Sequence record: OR067838.1
Source of the DNA: Escherichia phage KKP 3954
Direction: 5' to 3' (one strand)
Length of the DNA: 64,000 bases
How positions within the stretch are numbered: the first letter of the stretch is position 1; every line of letters begins with the position of its first letter. The notes under the pieces are model-generated. The model worked only from the letters and a program-made list of their open reading frames with translations, was not told the origin of the DNA and did not search any database. Made by a program: the position numbers and the translations under genes. Shown here piece after piece: positions 62,696-64,000 of this stretch.

Positions 62696-63079
62696 TTATT
62701 CAATGCAAGCATTATTTACATCTTCAATCCGATCTTTCACCCACTGAAGACGTAACGTGTTGGTATGACACGCCAAGTTTATACACTCTGAAAGGTAATC
62801 CATGCAATCCACATTGAACGGAAGATTGTAGTCCAGCCCTGCACATGTAAATTGTTTCCTCATTTCATATTTCAAACGGTCCAACAAATGATCACGCCAT
62901 TTTCTATCTTCTTCTCTAGGTGTCTCACCAACAAAATCATCTACATAATCTACCAGACAACCACATAAGCCACTCGTTGTGCGATTCATTGCAGGATAGT
63001 TGGCAATCCATGCTTTATAGAAGCGAAGCAATGTTGCACTGCTCAACGGAATACTATTTGTCATCTTTCTCTCCTTCAT
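62696..63079 (-). CDS. paralog family A member 5
   Basis: 127 aa; FYKAWIANY, GLCGCL, NLPFNVD, RLQWVKDRI. Confidence 0.55.
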   Translation of the reverse strand: MKERKMTNSIPLSSATLLRFYKAWIANYPAMNRTTSGLCGCLVDYVDDFVGETPREEDRKWRDHLLDRLKYEMRKQFTCAGLDYNLPFNVDCMDYLSECINLACHTNTLRLQWVKDRIEDVNNACIE

Positions 63080-63398
63080 AATCTTGAATTCTATCTAGCA
63101 CCCATTGTATACGATGTTTGTTTTTATGGCAAATATGTTTTTTATGTTCAAAGGTGTATTCCTCATAACCACCTTCATTAAACGGGAAATTGTAATCCAA
63201 TCCTGCACCAATAAACTGTGATTTCATCTCCTGTTGTAGACGAGGTAACAGTTCATCAGGGTATGTTCCCTCTACATACTTAATCAAACATATGCACAAA
63301 CCACTCGTTGTGTGACCTTCTACCTCACCAGCAAGCCAAGCTTTGTAAAACTTCATTAGACGTAAACTACTTAACGGAACATTTTTACTCTCTTGCAT
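63054..63398 (-). CDS. paralog family A member 6
   Basis: 114 aa; FYKAWLAGE, GLCICL, NFPFNEG, RIQWVLDRI; overlaps member 5 by 26 nt. Confidence 0.55.
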   Translation of the reverse strand: MQESKNVPLSSLRLMKFYKAWLAGEVEGHTTSGLCICLIKYVEGTYPDELLPRLQQEMKSQFIGAGLDYNFPFNEGGYEEYTFEHKKHICHKNKHRIQWVLDRIQDYEGEKDDK

Positions 63399-64000
63399 GA
63401 TAATCTCCTCTCATCGTTAGCTATCTTTCATGGCAATCATCAATCACCAACATCATACGATCAATCTTAGGGAATTACAATCGAATTATCATAGGGGATT
63501 CCTATCAATTATCCCATATATACCGATTATTTTTGACACCCCACTCTTGTATAAAAAGTAACCCAAAATATCTACGGGAAGAGATTATTTCGACACACCC
63601 TGTTTCATGGCAAGCATGGCAAGAATATCTAATAGAATCAATATCATATGGCAAAAATCATGGCGCATACGTAAGAAGTGCTTAACGCGAATTTTCGGGC
63701 CGTCAGGTCCACGCAGCGACAATTCCCAAATATCATGAGAATGAGAATAATTATCATTCGTATTCAATGACTTATGCAAGGCTCATGCCAACATAGCGAC
63801 AAGGTGGCCCACCTGATTATAAATCACACAAACACTTATTTATCAATGGCTTGGCAACTTCATCATATGACGGAACAATGTCAACTGATCCCGCCCATGA
63901 CAAGCAGACTATTATTTATATGAGAATGATTATTATTTAAACGTTTATTAGCATATAAACTAAAATAAATCAAGAATTTTCTGATTTTATTTACGTTTAA
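63399..64000. repeat. non-coding region with CATGGCAA-type repeats
   Basis: About 600 bp without convincing ORF; TCATGGCAATC, tandem CATGGCAAG-CATGGCAAG, TCATGGCGC, CCCATGACAAGC; AT-rich tail to window end. Confidence 0.4.

Noticed and set aside
63585-63779. 64-aa minus-strand ORF in the terminal non-coding stretch
   Set aside because: No RBS, His/Met-rich low-complexity translation, sits across the CATGGCAA repeats; treated as non-coding.
1-64000. rRNA genes, CRISPR arrays, insertion sequences or transposase genes
   Set aside because: No rRNA-like conserved stretches, no regular repeat-spacer arrays, and no transposase-like ORF or terminal inverted repeats were seen; the only mobile-type elements are the terminase intein and an HNH endonuclease.

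Overview
This window reads as part of a large virulent tailed-phage genome with a Gram-negative host (overlapping Rz/Rz1 spanin pair, T4-type lysozyme), about 40% GC, densely coded. It has three blocks. (1) Positions 1-10100, minus strand: head module (capsid start, scaffold, portal, large terminase carrying a mini-intein in its P-loop), spanins, and a cluster of about 14 tRNA genes. (2) Positions 10578-46614, plus strand: early and nucleotide-metabolism genes, including a three-gene RNA-repair cassette (metallophosphoesterase, RNA-ligase-like enzyme, polynucleotide kinase), DNA ligase, RNase H-like exonuclease, DEDDy exonuclease, HNH endonuclease, deoxyribonucleotidase, ThyX-like protein, nrdA/nrdB, a complete dTDP-rhamnose operon, glutaredoxin, lysozyme, PhoH, an HslV-like peptidase, two DNA methyltransferases, a lambda-type phosphatase, a DprA/SLOG-like protein and a Zn-less sirtuin-like protein. 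(3) Positions 46684-63398, minus strand: about 50 small ORFs including a six-member paralog family and a small serine recombinase, ending in about 600 bp of repeat-bearing non-coding DNA. The strongest candidates for something new are the RNA-repair cassette, the rhamnose operon inside the nucleotide-metabolism cluster, the sirtuin-like gene and the paralog family. Caveats: everything was done by eye with no database search or folding program; tRNA and hand-derived coordinates may be off by a few nt; several conserved genes are split by frameshifts, which may be assembly errors, pseudogenes or recoding.
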